The notes under the pieces: generated by a model | What the model saw: the letters and a program-made list of their open reading frames with translations, nothing else | Databases searched by the model: none | What the model was told of the DNA's origin: nothing | In this document: one piece after another, positions 18,301 to 29,151 of the stretch | Layout: every line of letters starts with the position of its first letter | Position numbering within the stretch: the stretch's first letter is position 1 | Program-made: the position numbers and the translations under genes | NCBI GenBank assembly: GCA_039189765.1 | Contig: JBCCYL010000002.1 | Coordinates: forward strand, 32,001 to 96,000 | Direction of reading: 5' to 3' | From: Cyanobacteria bacterium P01_F01_bin.150 | GTDB taxonomy: Bacteria > Cyanobacteriota > Cyanobacteriia > CAKZMO01 | DNA length: 64,000 nucleotides

Positions 18301-21300
18301 CAAGGAGATTCAGGATTACTACAAATAGATGCGACGGGAGATATTGTAGTTGATGGGGCTGGGGCATCTATTGGCAGTCTAGTTATTGCAGGTGCGGTGG
18401 GAGATAGTGGTGGAATTACTATCACTGCTAATAATCTCTTAGTCAGCAACAGTGCAGGCGTTACGTCCGCTACATTTGGTCAGGGTAGTGCAGGATTGTT
18501 GCAAATTGATGCCACAGGAGACATTGTGGTCGATGGGAATGGGGCATTTATTAGTGGCAATGTTTTGCCAGGCGCTGTAGGGAATAGCGGAGGCATTTTT
18601 ATCACCACCAATGACCTTTCTGTAAGAAATGGTGCACTTGTGGTGGCTAGCACACTTGGAGATGGAAATGCAGGGCGAATAGAGATACAGGCTACAGGAA
18701 ATATTGTGGTCGATGGGGAAGAAACATTTATTGAGAGTGCTGTGGGGCCAACAACAGTAGGAAATAGCGGAGGCATAACTATCAACACCCAGAATCTCTC
18801 GGTGTTAAATAATGCCATTATTTTAACGGATACCTTTGGCCAAGGAGATTCAGGATTACTACAAATCGATGCTACGGGAAATATTGTAATCGATGGGGAA
18901 GGGACATCTATCGAGAGTGCCGTTCTTTCAGGAGCAGTGGGGAATAGCGGAGGCATGACTATCAATACTCAGAATCTCTCGGTGTTGAATAATGCTATTA
19001 TTTCGACAAATACCTTTGGCCAGGGAAATGCAGGATTGCTACAGATCGATGCTATTGGAGACATATCACTAGGTGATGGGGCCATTATTCAGAGTGTGGT
19101 TGGTCCAGGAGCAATAGGGAATAGTAGAGGTATTGCCATTGACACCCAGAATCTCTCAGCACTTAATGGCTCATCGATTTCATCTAACACTTTAGGCCAG
19201 GGAAATTCAGGGGTATTGCAAATCAATGCCAGGGGAGAAGTCCGAGTCGAAGGGAGTGGGACAGCGGTTAGTGCTATTGAGAGTGCTGTTGGCCCTAACG
19301 CCGTAGGAAATAGTAGTGGCATTGCCATTGTGACCAATAATTTATCTGTTCTTAATGATGCAGGCATCTTATCTAGTACCTTCGGCCAGGGAGATGCAGG
19401 ATTATTGCAAATCGATGCCACAGGGGACATTGTTGTCGATGGAAGTGGTGGAGTATCAATTACAGCTATTGAGAGTGCTGTTGGACCTAATGCGGTAGGA
19501 CGTAGTGGTGGCCTTGTTATTAAGGCTAGTAGTTTATTTGTTCTTAATAGTGCAGGTGTCTCATCTAATACATTTAGCCGAGGAAATGCAGGATTATTGC
19601 AAATCGATGCCGCAAGGGACATTGTCGTCGATGGAGAGGCAGGGATTGTTAGCGAAGTTAGACCAGATGCAGTAGGGAATAGTGAAGGCATTACCATAAC
19701 AACCAATAATCTTTTCGTCCGTAATGGCGCAGGCGTATTAGCTAATACCTCTGGTCAGGGAGACGCAGGATTCTTGCAAATTGATGCCAGAGGGGACATT
19801 GTCGTCGATGGGAGCGGTGAGGCATCGTTTACTTCTATTGAGAGTACCGTTGAACCTGATGCTGTAGGAAATAGTGGTGGCATTGTTATTATGACCAATA
19901 ATTTATCTATTAACGGTGCAGGGTTTAATGCAGGCATCTCATCTGGTACCTTCGGCCAGGGAGATGCAGGATTATTGCAAATCGATGCAACGGGGGACAT
20001 TGTCGTCAATGGTGAGGCATTGATTAACAGTCGAGTTCAGCGAGATGCACTAGGGAATAGCGAAGGCATTACCATAACAACCAATAATCTTTTTGTCCGT
20101 AATGGTGCAGGCATTACGGCAAGTACATTAAGCCAGGGAAATTCAGGTCTATTACAGATCCATGCCACTGGGAGCATTGTGGTGGATGGGGACGTGGCCT
20201 TTCTCGCTAGTGGTGTTGGTGTAGAGGCCACAGGTAATAGCTCTGGTCTTAAAATTACCACTAATGACTTATCTGTCCTAAATAGTGCAGTAGTTTCTGC
20301 GAGCACTCGTGGAGAGGGTGACTCAGGCTTATTACAGATCGATGCCACTGGGGATATTCTGGTTGATGGGGAAGAATCAATGATCTCTAGTGCCGTTGAC
20401 CCAAGTGCAGTGGGGAATAGTGAGGGCCTTATCCTTACAACCAATCATCTCGCTGTACTCAATAGCGGCCAAGTGAGTGCTAAAACGGATGGCCAGGGAA
20501 ATGCTGGATCGGTTCAGATTCAATCCAGAGACAACTCGGATTTGCTGATTACGTTAGATGATGAGAGCTTAATCGAAGCAACCACGTCTAATACATTTGA
20601 TGGAGGCAATCTTCAGCTCAATACCCCTGGAGTCCTGACCATCCAAGGCCCAGGCACCTTAACCACTGAAACTAGTGGCGTTGGTAATGCAGGGGATATT
20701 GATATTGAGGCCAATACCTTGGTGCTAGAAGAGGGGGCGACCGCCACTGCTCAAACTGTTGGGGAAGGTGCGGCGGGAGACGTAACTGTCGATGCGGCAA
20801 ATTCGGTTTTGCTCACGGGAGAAGGGACTCGCTTAGCGGCTGAGGCTGTGAACAACTCAGCGGCTGGCAACTTGATCATTACCACAGGCAAATTGGACGT
20901 GACGGACAATGCCAACGTCAGCATCTCCACCCAAGATGGACCTGGTGGTGATATCACTCTTACTCTTAACGACCTTGCCGTAGTGGATAGTCTGATTGAA
21001 GCGGAAACTGAAAATGGCGTCGCAGGTAACCTCACCGTCAATACCCGTGAAAATCCGTCCAACTCCATTGTCTTGAGTGGTGTTCTCCCTAACAATAACC
21101 CTGCTGGACTGTCTGTGGAATCCACTGGAGACCAAGGCCAAGCGGGTATTCTGCGTCTCCACACCCATGATTTAATGGTCCAAGATGGAGCCGATCTATC
21201 TGCCGAGCGGGTACGGGGCAACGTCAACAATGAAGGGGACACCATCCGAATCACCGAGCTTGACAGCCTCACTATCGACAATGCTCGCATTTCAGCGTCC

Positions 21301-24300
21301 ACGCAACGTTCAGGCTTTGCTGGAGGAGTCACCATTGAGGCCACCGACTCTGTCCGCTTTAGTGGTTTTTGGGTGGATGAAGACGGTAATCCCGTCACCG
21401 ATGCCAATGGCAGTCCCCTGGTGGATGAGCTGGGCCAACCCCTTCCGGCCGGGGTCTTTGTTGAAGGCCGGGGAGACGGCATTGCCCTGCCGCTCAATAT
21501 CACCACGGGCGAACTAATTATTGAAAATGGTGCCCAAGCCTCTGTCTCTACGGAAAATGGCCAGGGGGGCGCTTTAAACGTTACTGCCACTGAACGGGTG
21601 CAATTAAAGGATGGAGGACTGTTTGCCCGTGCAACCAACAGCGGCAGGGCAGGGCAAGTCAACATTGCCACCCCAAATCTCAGTCTCAGCAATGGTTCAA
21701 TCATCTCCGCGACCAATATTTCTACCTCAAGCGAAGGTGTCTTCCTAAGTGGCTTGGATACATTGGAAATTTTGGATAGCGAAATTTCCACATCCACTCA
21801 AATAGGGTCAGCGGGTAGTGTGCAAGTCAGTGGAAGAGAAGACGCCCCTGTCAATAGCATTCTCCTACATGGATCAGAGGCTCGCATTGCCGCAAGGGCC
21901 ACTGGGGATGGTGGCAATGCGGATCGGGTAGATCTCAATGTCTTGAATTTGATGGTGGAAGATGGTGCAGAAATTACTGCGTCTAACCGTTCAAGCCGCA
22001 GTGAAGGCGTATTCCTGAGCAACCTTGAGCAGCTTAGCGTGATTAATGGAGGCCAAATTACTGCATCGACAGGAACGGGATTAGCTGGAAGTGTACAGGT
22101 TAATTTAGAAGACGGTGAGCGTCCAGCCAATGCGATCCTTGTCAGTGGCGATAATTCACGGATTGCGGCTGAAGCCACAGAAAATATCGGTAATGCTGGT
22201 AACGTACGCTTTAATGTCCAAGAGCTAACGGTTCAGGATGGTGGAGAAATCAGTACCTCCACCCGGTTTGGAGAGGCTGGAAGTGTAGTGATTAGTGCCG
22301 ATACGGTGTTGCTGAATCAGGAAGGACGCATTAATGCCGAAACCGATGGCGGTCAGGGGGGGAACGTTGAACTTCGAGTAAATGAAACATTACACATTCA
22401 AAATGGGAGCGAGATTTCTGCGACTACCCAATCGGGGACAGGTGGTAGCATTACAGTGAGCGAGCCTGCCATCGTTAACGTGCGGAATAGCCAAATCGCA
22501 GCTACTGCTGAAACTGCTATCGGTGAAGCCGGGGCGGTAAATGTGAATGCGTCAGAATCAATACTTCTTAGTGGCCAAATCAATGATAATCAGCGGAGCG
22601 GAATTTTCGTTTCCGCCCAAGGGGGAGAGGCTGGGGCCTTAACGTTAACCACTCCAACACTCAGCATCCGTAATGGGGCTGAACTTTCTGTAAGCAACGA
22701 AGAATCTGGCGATTCAGGGAATCTTTCGATTACTGCCAATACGGTATCACTGCGCAAAGATGGACAAATCAACGCAGAAACTGATGCTGGTTCGGGAGGC
22801 AGCATCGACCTTGCCATTGGGGAGACTTTAACGCTCAATAACAGCCGAATTTCGGCTACTACCAACGATGGAATTGGGGGCAGTATTATCCTCAATAGTG
22901 ATGAGGGTAATGAATCCTTTACCAATGCTGTGCAGTTGAGGAATGGTAGCGCGATCGCCACCACCGCCACGGGTTCGGGAGATGCGGGTCGTCTGCGCCT
23001 AAATGCCAATAGCCTGACCTTAAATCAATCGGAGATCAATGCGGCAACCAATACGGGGGCAAACGGCAACATTCGCCTCAATGTGGATGAAACACTGAGT
23101 CTGCAAAACGGCAGCGAGATTTCGGCCACCACCCAATCTGGAACAGGCGGCGATATTGTAATTCGCGAAGTGGATACAGTTCGCCTCAGAAACAGCAGTA
23201 TTTCATCTTCAGCCCAGAGAGGAGAAGCCGGTGATCTAAGCATTACCGCATCTGAACGCATTACCTTATCGGGAACCGCTGAAGGCCGGGGTGGACTGCT
23301 GGTGGAATCCCGCCAAGATAAGGGCGGAGAGTTGAGAGTCCAAGCGAACGAACTTTTAGTGGAAGAGGATGCCGATATCTCCGCTTCCACCAATACCGGA
23401 ACGGCAGGGGATATTATCATCACGATCGCCGAGTCAATTCGCCTGAGCGGGGATGGAACGGAACTAGCAGCCCAGGCTAGACGATCTGGAGGCACCGCTG
23501 GCGATGTTGAGATTACAGCCGAGCAGGTAACCGTTGATAATGGAGCGGCAATTCTAGCGTCTAATCAGGATGCGCCCAGTGGCGGCTCGATTACCTTAAA
23601 CGGGCTAGAGACCCTAGACGTTAAACGGGGTAGAATCTCAGCGGAAACAGAAACCGGGGTTGCAGGGAACTTATCCATTAATGCAGTGGATTCAATACAG
23701 TTAACCGATGGAGCGGTGCTGTCCGTTGAAACTGGAGCGTCTCAAAGTTCCGTTAGCGGAGATGGGCGAACTAGTCAGGGTGGGAACCAGGGTAGGAGCC
23801 AGGAGCGCGCGCAGGATAGAGGTCAGAGTAGGGGCGATGGGCGATCGCCCTCAAGAACAGCAGCCTCATCCATCCCCGAAGCCGGTAATCTTTCCATTGC
23901 CACCAATCGTCTAACCCTTGAGGATGGCTCTAGGATTTTGGTAAGCAGCCCCAATGGCCAGGCCGGAAATATTTTGATTCTTGGCTCGGAGGTAGAGCTA
24001 GACAACGGCAGTATTCGCGCAACAACCAGCGCCAATGCGAGTGATGGCAATGAGTCTGCCAATATTACCATTGGCGATTTAGACCTACTGTTCATTGAAA
24101 ACAACAGCTTAATCTCCGCCGAAGCCCTAGCTGGGGCCAATGGCGGCAATATTACTCTGGATGCAGGAAACGGATTTATTATTGCTCCCCCATCAGCCAA
24201 TAGTGACCTAATTGCCAATGCAATTGGTGGAGACGGTGGACGAATTACCATCAGAGCCCTACAGCTTTTTGGGTTTCAAGTAAATTCCGGTGAGTTTGAT

Positions 24301-24726
24301 GACTTACGAGCCAATCAGACCAGCGATATCAGCGTCAGCTCCACCCTTGGAACAGATGGTGTGATTGCCGTTGATGATTTAGGCATTGACCCGGTGCAAG
24401 CAGCAGGAGAATTACCGACAGATACCGCTACGCCCCCCCTCAGCCAGGGATGTCAAGCGGGCAGTGGATCAGGAGAATTTACCAATGCAGGACGGGGCGG
24501 AATTCACGCCAGCCCCTTAGACCCTTTAAGCCACGATGTGAGTTGGGAAGATATTCAGCCATCCAATCAGCGAACAGGGTCTTCATTATTCGATGAAATA
24601 TCCCAGCAAACCGAATCAAGTGCGCATATTGAAGCTGAAGCCTGGTTTATCGATGACAAAGGTAATGTTGTTCTAAGCAATGAACCTGAAGCATATACTA
24701 CTGCTCTCAGATGTCAGATACAGTAG
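15397..24726 (+). CDS. Giant filamentous haemagglutinin-like (TpsA-type) exoprotein
   Basis: Secretion domain motifs NIFHSFEEFNV, RVTG, NLFLLNPNGILFG; Gly/Asn/Thr-rich beta-helical repeats; typical cyanobacterial C-terminus (FTNAGRGG, EAEAW). Confidence 0.92.
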   Translation: MKCSRCNRWMQIGLTLLATTFTTAVHAATSEQHSLGTDYNSPPPLVLPESSNEANKPSEDAQPKASGWIQKTETAPPGALPTVRVFLPGEYSPDNGVTEPAIAEPAITELAITEPAIAEPAITAPVITEPAITAPVITEPAIAKPTITELAITEPAITEPAPSLPEPLISNGEELSNKGTDAVNRLSSIEPVESQEQEPLPAGAVPTSVTFSPADSVVEQNSKVSQTPEDPRQETLLFLDEKEEPNAHSPDTVNIAEDTRDLNQVGNTPPKKNPANKIGPSKESEVILDGASDDPLIAQVIPDATLGNESSVVVPDHPANKIAPSKESEMILDGASDDLLIAQVIPDATLGNESSVVVPDQTVRGDAADLIDGGAVRGANIFHSFEEFNVNTGQRVYFSSPEGIDRILSRVTGNNVSGIDGVLGVDGFANLFLLNPNGILFGPNASLDVAGSFLATTANGFTFDDGVTFSAVNPDAPPILTMDMPPGLQYGTGQSGPVINGGNLAVGANESLTLTGSAVINTGTLTAEGGEVAIASFTEPSAVQLGEKGQIHEITSLADLQTPEQPNAVPIAPSVAEIVAGTDIALGLTLADTGEVRVMESGSVIPVESGNTIVAGTIDAANRNSNGLGGSVNLIGDRVALVDSAYIDVSGDGGGGVALVGGNYQGQGDFPPALRTYVGSNAEIRADAVTTGDGGRVIVWADQATHFTGDISAQGGSQEGDGGFVEVSGAESLAFGGEVNTQAVNGQMGSLLLDPANITISDTAPEGFTTLGAGDLSLADFFYGATEDQGQNSHLTPITVVDLLASNDLTLEATDTIAVNNNVDANSDNNLTLKASTIEVNNALLTQTGRGDIVLETPQSVGHSVMLDGGIVNTAVVSGTMGDGGDVRITTHDLTVQNGGAIITSTFGAGDSGLLQIDATGNLIVVGNGSVIASAAGPGAEGNGGGVTIATDNLAVGSNAEILSNTLGQGDSGLLQIDATGDIVVDGAGASIGSLVIAGAVGDSGGITITANNLLVSNSAGVTSATFGQGSAGLLQIDATGDIVVDGNGAFISGNVLPGAVGNSGGIFITTNDLSVRNGALVVASTLGDGNAGRIEIQATGNIVVDGEETFIESAVGPTTVGNSGGITINTQNLSVLNNAIILTDTFGQGDSGLLQIDATGNIVIDGEGTSIESAVLSGAVGNSGGMTINTQNLSVLNNAIISTNTFGQGNAGLLQIDAIGDISLGDGAIIQSVVGPGAIGNSRGIAIDTQNLSALNGSSISSNTLGQGNSGVLQINARGEVRVEGSGTAVSAIESAVGPNAVGNSSGIAIVTNNLSVLNDAGILSSTFGQGDAGLLQIDATGDIVVDGSGGVSITAIESAVGPNAVGRSGGLVIKASSLFVLNSAGVSSNTFSRGNAGLLQIDAARDIVVDGEAGIVSEVRPDAVGNSEGITITTNNLFVRNGAGVLANTSGQGDAGFLQIDARGDIVVDGSGEASFTSIESTVEPDAVGNSGGIVIMTNNLSINGAGFNAGISSGTFGQGDAGLLQIDATGDIVVNGEALINSRVQRDALGNSEGITITTNNLFVRNGAGITASTLSQGNSGLLQIHATGSIVVDGDVAFLASGVGVEATGNSSGLKITTNDLSVLNSAVVSASTRGEGDSGLLQIDATGDILVDGEESMISSAVDPSAVGNSEGLILTTNHLAVLNSGQVSAKTDGQGNAGSVQIQSRDNSDLLITLDDESLIEATTSNTFDGGNLQLNTPGVLTIQGPGTLTTETSGVGNAGDIDIEANTLVLEEGATATAQTVGEGAAGDVTVDAANSVLLTGEGTRLAAEAVNNSAAGNLIITTGKLDVTDNANVSISTQDGPGGDITLTLNDLAVVDSLIEAETENGVAGNLTVNTRENPSNSIVLSGVLPNNNPAGLSVESTGDQGQAGILRLHTHDLMVQDGADLSAERVRGNVNNEGDTIRITELDSLTIDNARISASTQRSGFAGGVTIEATDSVRFSGFWVDEDGNPVTDANGSPLVDELGQPLPAGVFVEGRGDGIALPLNITTGELIIENGAQASVSTENGQGGALNVTATERVQLKDGGLFARATNSGRAGQVNIATPNLSLSNGSIISATNISTSSEGVFLSGLDTLEILDSEISTSTQIGSAGSVQVSGREDAPVNSILLHGSEARIAARATGDGGNADRVDLNVLNLMVEDGAEITASNRSSRSEGVFLSNLEQLSVINGGQITASTGTGLAGSVQVNLEDGERPANAILVSGDNSRIAAEATENIGNAGNVRFNVQELTVQDGGEISTSTRFGEAGSVVISADTVLLNQEGRINAETDGGQGGNVELRVNETLHIQNGSEISATTQSGTGGSITVSEPAIVNVRNSQIAATAETAIGEAGAVNVNASESILLSGQINDNQRSGIFVSAQGGEAGALTLTTPTLSIRNGAELSVSNEESGDSGNLSITANTVSLRKDGQINAETDAGSGGSIDLAIGETLTLNNSRISATTNDGIGGSIILNSDEGNESFTNAVQLRNGSAIATTATGSGDAGRLRLNANSLTLNQSEINAATNTGANGNIRLNVDETLSLQNGSEISATTQSGTGGDIVIREVDTVRLRNSSISSSAQRGEAGDLSITASERITLSGTAEGRGGLLVESRQDKGGELRVQANELLVEEDADISASTNTGTAGDIIITIAESIRLSGDGTELAAQARRSGGTAGDVEITAEQVTVDNGAAILASNQDAPSGGSITLNGLETLDVKRGRISAETETGVAGNLSINAVDSIQLTDGAVLSVETGASQSSVSGDGRTSQGGNQGRSQERAQDRGQSRGDGRSPSRTAASSIPEAGNLSIATNRLTLEDGSRILVSSPNGQAGNILILGSEVELDNGSIRATTSANASDGNESANITIGDLDLLFIENNSLISAEALAGANGGNITLDAGNGFIIAPPSANSDLIANAIGGDGGRITIRALQLFGFQVNSGEFDDLRANQTSDISVSSTLGTDGVIAVDDLGIDPVQAAGELPTDTATPPLSQGCQAGSGSGEFTNAGRGGIHASPLDPLSHDVSWEDIQPSNQRTGSSLFDEISQQTESSAHIEAEAWFIDDKGNVVLSNEPEAYTTALRCQIQ

Positions 24727-24746
24727 CGTTTCAGGATGGTTCAATC

Positions 24747-25307
24747 TTAGGGTAGAAAACGCGATCGCTCAGCTTCCGAGGGCATCCGACAGGTCTCACG
24801 CCGACCAAAGAGACGATAGCGATTGCGAGCAACCATTCGATAAACGGCATCCCGAATAAACGGGGGAATGCCACCTCCCAACGCAGCAACGGACCACAGT
24901 CCGCCCAGTCGTCGCCAAATTTGAATCACCGCATCGGATTGGGCATATAGCTGATAGGGAGAAGAATCCGAAGATCGGGCAGATGATGGAGCGGGAGATG
25001 ATGAAGCCGGGTCCAAATAGTAGATAGACCATTCTTCTCGATTATGGGGAAGGGGCGGCAAATATTGACGCGCGGTTTCCCCTTGTAAGGGAGAAATATA
25101 GAACAATTCCTTGGTATCAATTTGCAACAGCAGATCGACAAATCCGTTGCACATCACGCAGTCGCCATCAAAAAATATAATGGGCCGATCCTCTTGCCAG
25201 GGTAACGCTGTGCCATCGCTATTGTCTCCAGAGCGTTTGGTCTGGCGATCGCCAGGATAATTATTCCCTACAGAAATTACGCTTTTATTTTGCTGTTGCC
25301 CAACCAT
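24747..25307 (-). CDS. DCC1-like thiol-disulfide oxidoreductase (DUF393)
   Basis: FFDGDCVMCNG and RDAVYRMVARNRYRLFG motifs; start uncertain (ORF extends to 25415). Confidence 0.85.
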   Translation of the reverse strand: MVGQQQNKSVISVGNNYPGDRQTKRSGDNSDGTALPWQEDRPIIFFDGDCVMCNGFVDLLLQIDTKELFYISPLQGETARQYLPPLPHNREEWSIYYLDPASSSPAPSSARSSDSSPYQLYAQSDAVIQIWRRLGGLWSVAALGGGIPPFIRDAVYRMVARNRYRLFGRRETCRMPSEAERSRFLP

Positions 25308-25448
25308 GCTTACACAAACCTCCGACTGTATTGAGAATCCCAGTGCTGTATAGGATTTATTCTGACATTTTTCGCTCGGTCTTGCCTCAGCCCCATAGGT
25401 AAAATGAAATTCCATGGCCTACGCTATACGAGCCAATTAAAGGCAGAG

Positions 25449-25482
25449 ACGGCAGTATGGGCACTCTAGCCCTTACTGCCGT
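25449..25482 (-). terminator. Hairpin downstream of the RTX gene
   Basis: acggcagta / tactgccgt inverted repeat. Confidence 0.4.
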
Positions 25483-25524
25483 GTTTAATTTAAGCGCACA
25501 GCGCCGTAGGTTAGCGGTATCAGA

Positions 25525-27108
25525 CTAAAGCTCAAAGCTTGATGCATCAATAAGATTTGCATTTACGCCTTTGAGAATAGCAATCGTTTTAAAGGAATTT
25601 CCCTGACCATTTCCGTCACGGTCAATTTGAACACGCGCCCGTTGTCCTGTTCCTTTAATCCGCACAAAGTTCTCAAAGGGAGTGTCTGATGTAAACGCTT
25701 TGCCCTTGAAAACAGAGGCAATATCAACCAAGTCAGAGCCTACTTCAAAATCTAAAATCGTATCTGGCTTATCCCGTAAATCCTTTCGAGAAAAGCGGAA
25801 GATATCGCTGCCAGTACCGCCTTTATGGCGATCGCGTCCCCGTCCCCCAATTAAGATGTCATCACCAGCTCTTCCAACCAAAACGTCATTTCCTTTACGT
25901 CCCCGCAGCAGATCGTCTTCCTGGGTTCCCTTTAATCGATCATTCTTATTCGTTCCATTAATCTTGTTGCGACGTTTAGTCGGTGCGGTAGGGTCGGTAG
26001 GAGTGGGAGAATCAGGAGTAGGAGGGGCAGGAGGCTCAGGGGGTGTGGGAGGTTCCGATTCTAATGTGCTTAAAAAAAGCTGAATCTCGCCGTCGCCATT
26101 GCCAACCAGTAAATCTTCCCTGCCATCACCGTTCCAATCCACCGCATGTAAGTTTACTTCATCACCCAACTCAAGGGCCGTTAATTTATTGTCAGGCACC
26201 GTTACGCCGAATAATTCAGTTTCCACATCAGGCATATACGTCCACTGACGATTCGCAAAATCAAAGCGATAGGCTGTGAGATCGGCCAGCACATCAATTC
26301 GGTCATGGCCCAAAAGGAGAATGCGATCGCCCTCATAATTGAGAATAGTCGCCCCAGAAATATCCGTCTCTGTGCTAGTAGAAATGATAATGTTATTGTT
26401 GATGTCGATATACTCAGAGAAGCCCGATACTCTGTTGCCAGTTTTAGGATTGTTATCGGGAAAGTCTCGTTTTTCGCCTGATGGACGAGTGTTGAACTGA
26501 CGGAAAGAATTTAATGAATCCTGCTCATCAACCATGGTGTAAATGTAGTTGCCGTTACCATCCCGAGTGCCAAAGAACAGCTCAAAAATGCCTAACTCGC
26601 TGCTGGCAAAAGCGACCTCAGGCACGCCATTCTCATCAAGGTCCCCAACAACCATCGGCGTATTGCCATTGACAAAAAAATTGCCAGGTAAAAGTTTAAA
26701 TGGGTTGTCATCCCCCGTCAGTTCCCGATAGCCATTGCCATCAGGGCTGAAAACACGGTGACTTGCTCCTGAGTCACTCATAACCAAGTAGTGGCTGTTT
26801 GACTGATTGGGAACAAAAGTGACTCGTAGATTAGCCCCAAAACCTCGACTTGCGGCAGCAAAAGGGTTGTTATCTCCAGTCCGCTCCACCAGGATTCCAT
26901 CGCGGTTCTCATAGTACTTTAATCGTGTTGGATTCAAAACATTGGGATGATGCGCCACTATCACATCTAAATCGCCATCGTTATCCACATCAAACGTGGT
27001 CGGAGCAGCATTCGAACCCACATCAATTCCCTCGAAAGGGTTTTGCGCACCCATTTGTTTTACGAACTTAGCTTGAGCAATGTTTGCTGTAGTTGGAGGC
27101 ATCGTCAT
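25525..27108 (-). CDS. Secreted FG-GAP/VCBS-repeat protein with RTX Ca-binding repeats (type I secretion substrate-like)
   Basis: DVDNDGDLDV and DWNGDGREDLLVG repeats; GxxGxD nonapeptides; C-terminal DTILDFEVGSDLVDI; start uncertain. Confidence 0.8.
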   Translation of the reverse strand: MTMPPTTANIAQAKFVKQMGAQNPFEGIDVGSNAAPTTFDVDNDGDLDVIVAHHPNVLNPTRLKYYENRDGILVERTGDNNPFAAASRGFGANLRVTFVPNQSNSHYLVMSDSGASHRVFSPDGNGYRELTGDDNPFKLLPGNFFVNGNTPMVVGDLDENGVPEVAFASSELGIFELFFGTRDGNGNYIYTMVDEQDSLNSFRQFNTRPSGEKRDFPDNNPKTGNRVSGFSEYIDINNNIIISTSTETDISGATILNYEGDRILLLGHDRIDVLADLTAYRFDFANRQWTYMPDVETELFGVTVPDNKLTALELGDEVNLHAVDWNGDGREDLLVGNGDGEIQLFLSTLESEPPTPPEPPAPPTPDSPTPTDPTAPTKRRNKINGTNKNDRLKGTQEDDLLRGRKGNDVLVGRAGDDILIGGRGRDRHKGGTGSDIFRFSRKDLRDKPDTILDFEVGSDLVDIASVFKGKAFTSDTPFENFVRIKGTGQRARVQIDRDGNGQGNSFKTIAILKGVNANLIDASSFEL

Positions 27109-27224
27109 ATCCTTTGTGTGTGATGATTGGCATATGTAGCGGTGATTGCCAAAATGTAAGTACACTCAACAAAACTATCCTAAAGATGATATTTACTCCG
27201 AATGGCTAAGTGCTGAACTTTTTA

Positions 27225-27261
27225 TTTTGGAAATCCCCTGCGTGGCGGGGGATTTCCAAAA
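27225..27261. terminator. Strong hairpin, probable intrinsic terminator
   Basis: ttttggaaatcccc / ggggatttccaaaa 14-bp arms. Confidence 0.5.
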
Positions 27262-27583
27262 AGCTTTTAGCCGTTGGCATCATAGATCTGTTTGAATGTA
27301 CAAATTACTTATGTACCAATCGCGTGTAGATGATCTTCACACCGCTAGAGAAGATTCATGCAGAGAATGACCTTTTCCAGAACGTTTATAGTCTTAGGCA
27401 CTCTCATTACAAAAGAGACGTTTTCGTTGGGGCGCTGTACATCCCCACGAAAACGTCCTAACCAATATGACCATGGTTGTGTAGTTGTCAGCAAAGCTCT
27501 GGGGTTTCATTTTGAGACGAATCAAAATAGACGATGGTGTGGACGCAACGCACCCACACCATCGTTCAAAACCCATAGCTCCC

Positions 27584-29104
27584 CTAGATTAACTGCTGGG
27601 ATGACTGCAACGTTTCTGGCGTAGCAATAGCCGTGCTTAGTTCAGTCGTGGAGGGTGCCGTATCAGCATTCCCTAAATCTGCAGACTTCCTCGTTTTGCC
27701 CATTCCAGCTTGGGTAAAGTCTTTAACGGTAACAGTACTCATCCATCGTTGGCGGAATACCTCATACAGAACCATCCCAGCCGCAACAGACGCATTTAAG
27801 CTAGGCGTCTTACCCGCAAGAGGGATAGAAACGAGAGCATCACAAGCCTTTTGAGTAGTCAAGCTCAAACCATTGCCTTCCGCACCGATAACAACGGCGA
27901 TCGCCGTATTAAATTCCACAGTATGAACAGCAGGGGAAGCGTCTGACGTCGTACCGTAAATCCAATATCCCGCTGCTTTCAAAGACTCCAGCGCTCGGTT
28001 CAAATTGACGACTCGTGCAACAGGCAATGTCTCTAACGCACCCGCAGCCACCTTTGCTACGGTTGAAGTAATACCTACTGCCCGTCGCTGAGGAATAACC
28101 ACCCCCTGCGCACCCAATGCTTCAGCCGTACGGATAATAGCCCCTAAATTATGAGGATCGGTAATGCTATCGGCAACTACCAGCACAGGCGGTTGGGGCG
28201 TATGCTGAACACGCTCTAACAGTTCTTCTAAGTCTAAGTAGTGGTAAGGCGCAGCCTGAGCCACCACGCCCTGATGGGTTGCCCCCTTGGTTATTTGATC
28301 AAGTCTTTGATATCCAACTTCATCAATAACGGTGCCAACTGCTTTGGCATCATTCAATAGATTATTAAACCGTGGGTCGTAGCGTAGCTTTGATACAATC
28401 CACACTTTGTTAAGCGATCGCCCCTGTTCCAACGCAGACAAAACAGCATGGCGACCGTAAAGCAAATCAGGATTTAAGTCTTCATGCTGGGCTGCTTGCT
28501 TTGGGGCATTATGGGTCTCAACGCTGAAAGACTTATCGGATGAATCATTATGAGCTGGTGTTCTATTAGATACTTTATGGAATCGGCGGTCCTGTTTTCG
28601 TTCGCGAAAAGAATGCCGATTGGAAAACTCTTGGTCAGATTCATCCCGACTGCCATGAGACCTACCAGATATTTTCCTCGGTTTGTTCCGTGATTCTTTT
28701 TTGGGCTTGCCTCTGAAGCCACCGTTTGAATCATCAGAGCGATCGTGGCGTTTCAGAGCATATGACCCCACACGCCCAGGCGCAGAGTCCCCATCTCTAG
28801 AGCGACGAACAGGCCGAACCTCATTGGATGGCGAAGATGAAACATGCTCCCGAGAAGACGAGCGCCCTCTATCATCAAATCGTCCACGGGATCGCCTTGG
28901 TTGAGCATCGTCGTATGAGCGCTCTGAGGTAGATTTTCCCTTTGACCATTTTCGCGATTTAGATGACCTACGAGATGATGGCTTACTTTGGTCATCAGCT
29001 CGGCCATTTCTGGCCTTAAAAGACTTCCCTCCAGAGCGATACTTGGAACGTTTCCCTGATTTTGAAAAATCACCCGATCGCTTTTGGTTGTGCCGTTCTG
29101 CCAT
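27584..29104 (-). CDS. rlmB: 23S rRNA (Gm2251) 2'-O-methyltransferase with a long basic disordered N-terminus
   Basis: SpoU motifs [32 protein letters not shown]; next to mini-RNase III. Confidence 0.92.
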   Translation of the reverse strand: MAERHNQKRSGDFSKSGKRSKYRSGGKSFKARNGRADDQSKPSSRRSSKSRKWSKGKSTSERSYDDAQPRRSRGRFDDRGRSSSREHVSSSPSNEVRPVRRSRDGDSAPGRVGSYALKRHDRSDDSNGGFRGKPKKESRNKPRKISGRSHGSRDESDQEFSNRHSFRERKQDRRFHKVSNRTPAHNDSSDKSFSVETHNAPKQAAQHEDLNPDLLYGRHAVLSALEQGRSLNKVWIVSKLRYDPRFNNLLNDAKAVGTVIDEVGYQRLDQITKGATHQGVVAQAAPYHYLDLEELLERVQHTPQPPVLVVADSITDPHNLGAIIRTAEALGAQGVVIPQRRAVGITSTVAKVAAGALETLPVARVVNLNRALESLKAAGYWIYGTTSDASPAVHTVEFNTAIAVVIGAEGNGLSLTTQKACDALVSIPLAGKTPSLNASVAAGMVLYEVFRQRWMSTVTVKDFTQAGMGKTRKSADLGNADTAPSTTELSTAIATPETLQSSQQLI

Positions 29105-29151
29105 CTTACTTATATATCCCTGACTAATTTAACTGGAGATGAGAAGGGGGC

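Noticed and set aside
15510..24251. Many long antisense ORFs within the TpsA-like gene
   Set aside because: Shadow frames of a repetitive, codon-biased gene
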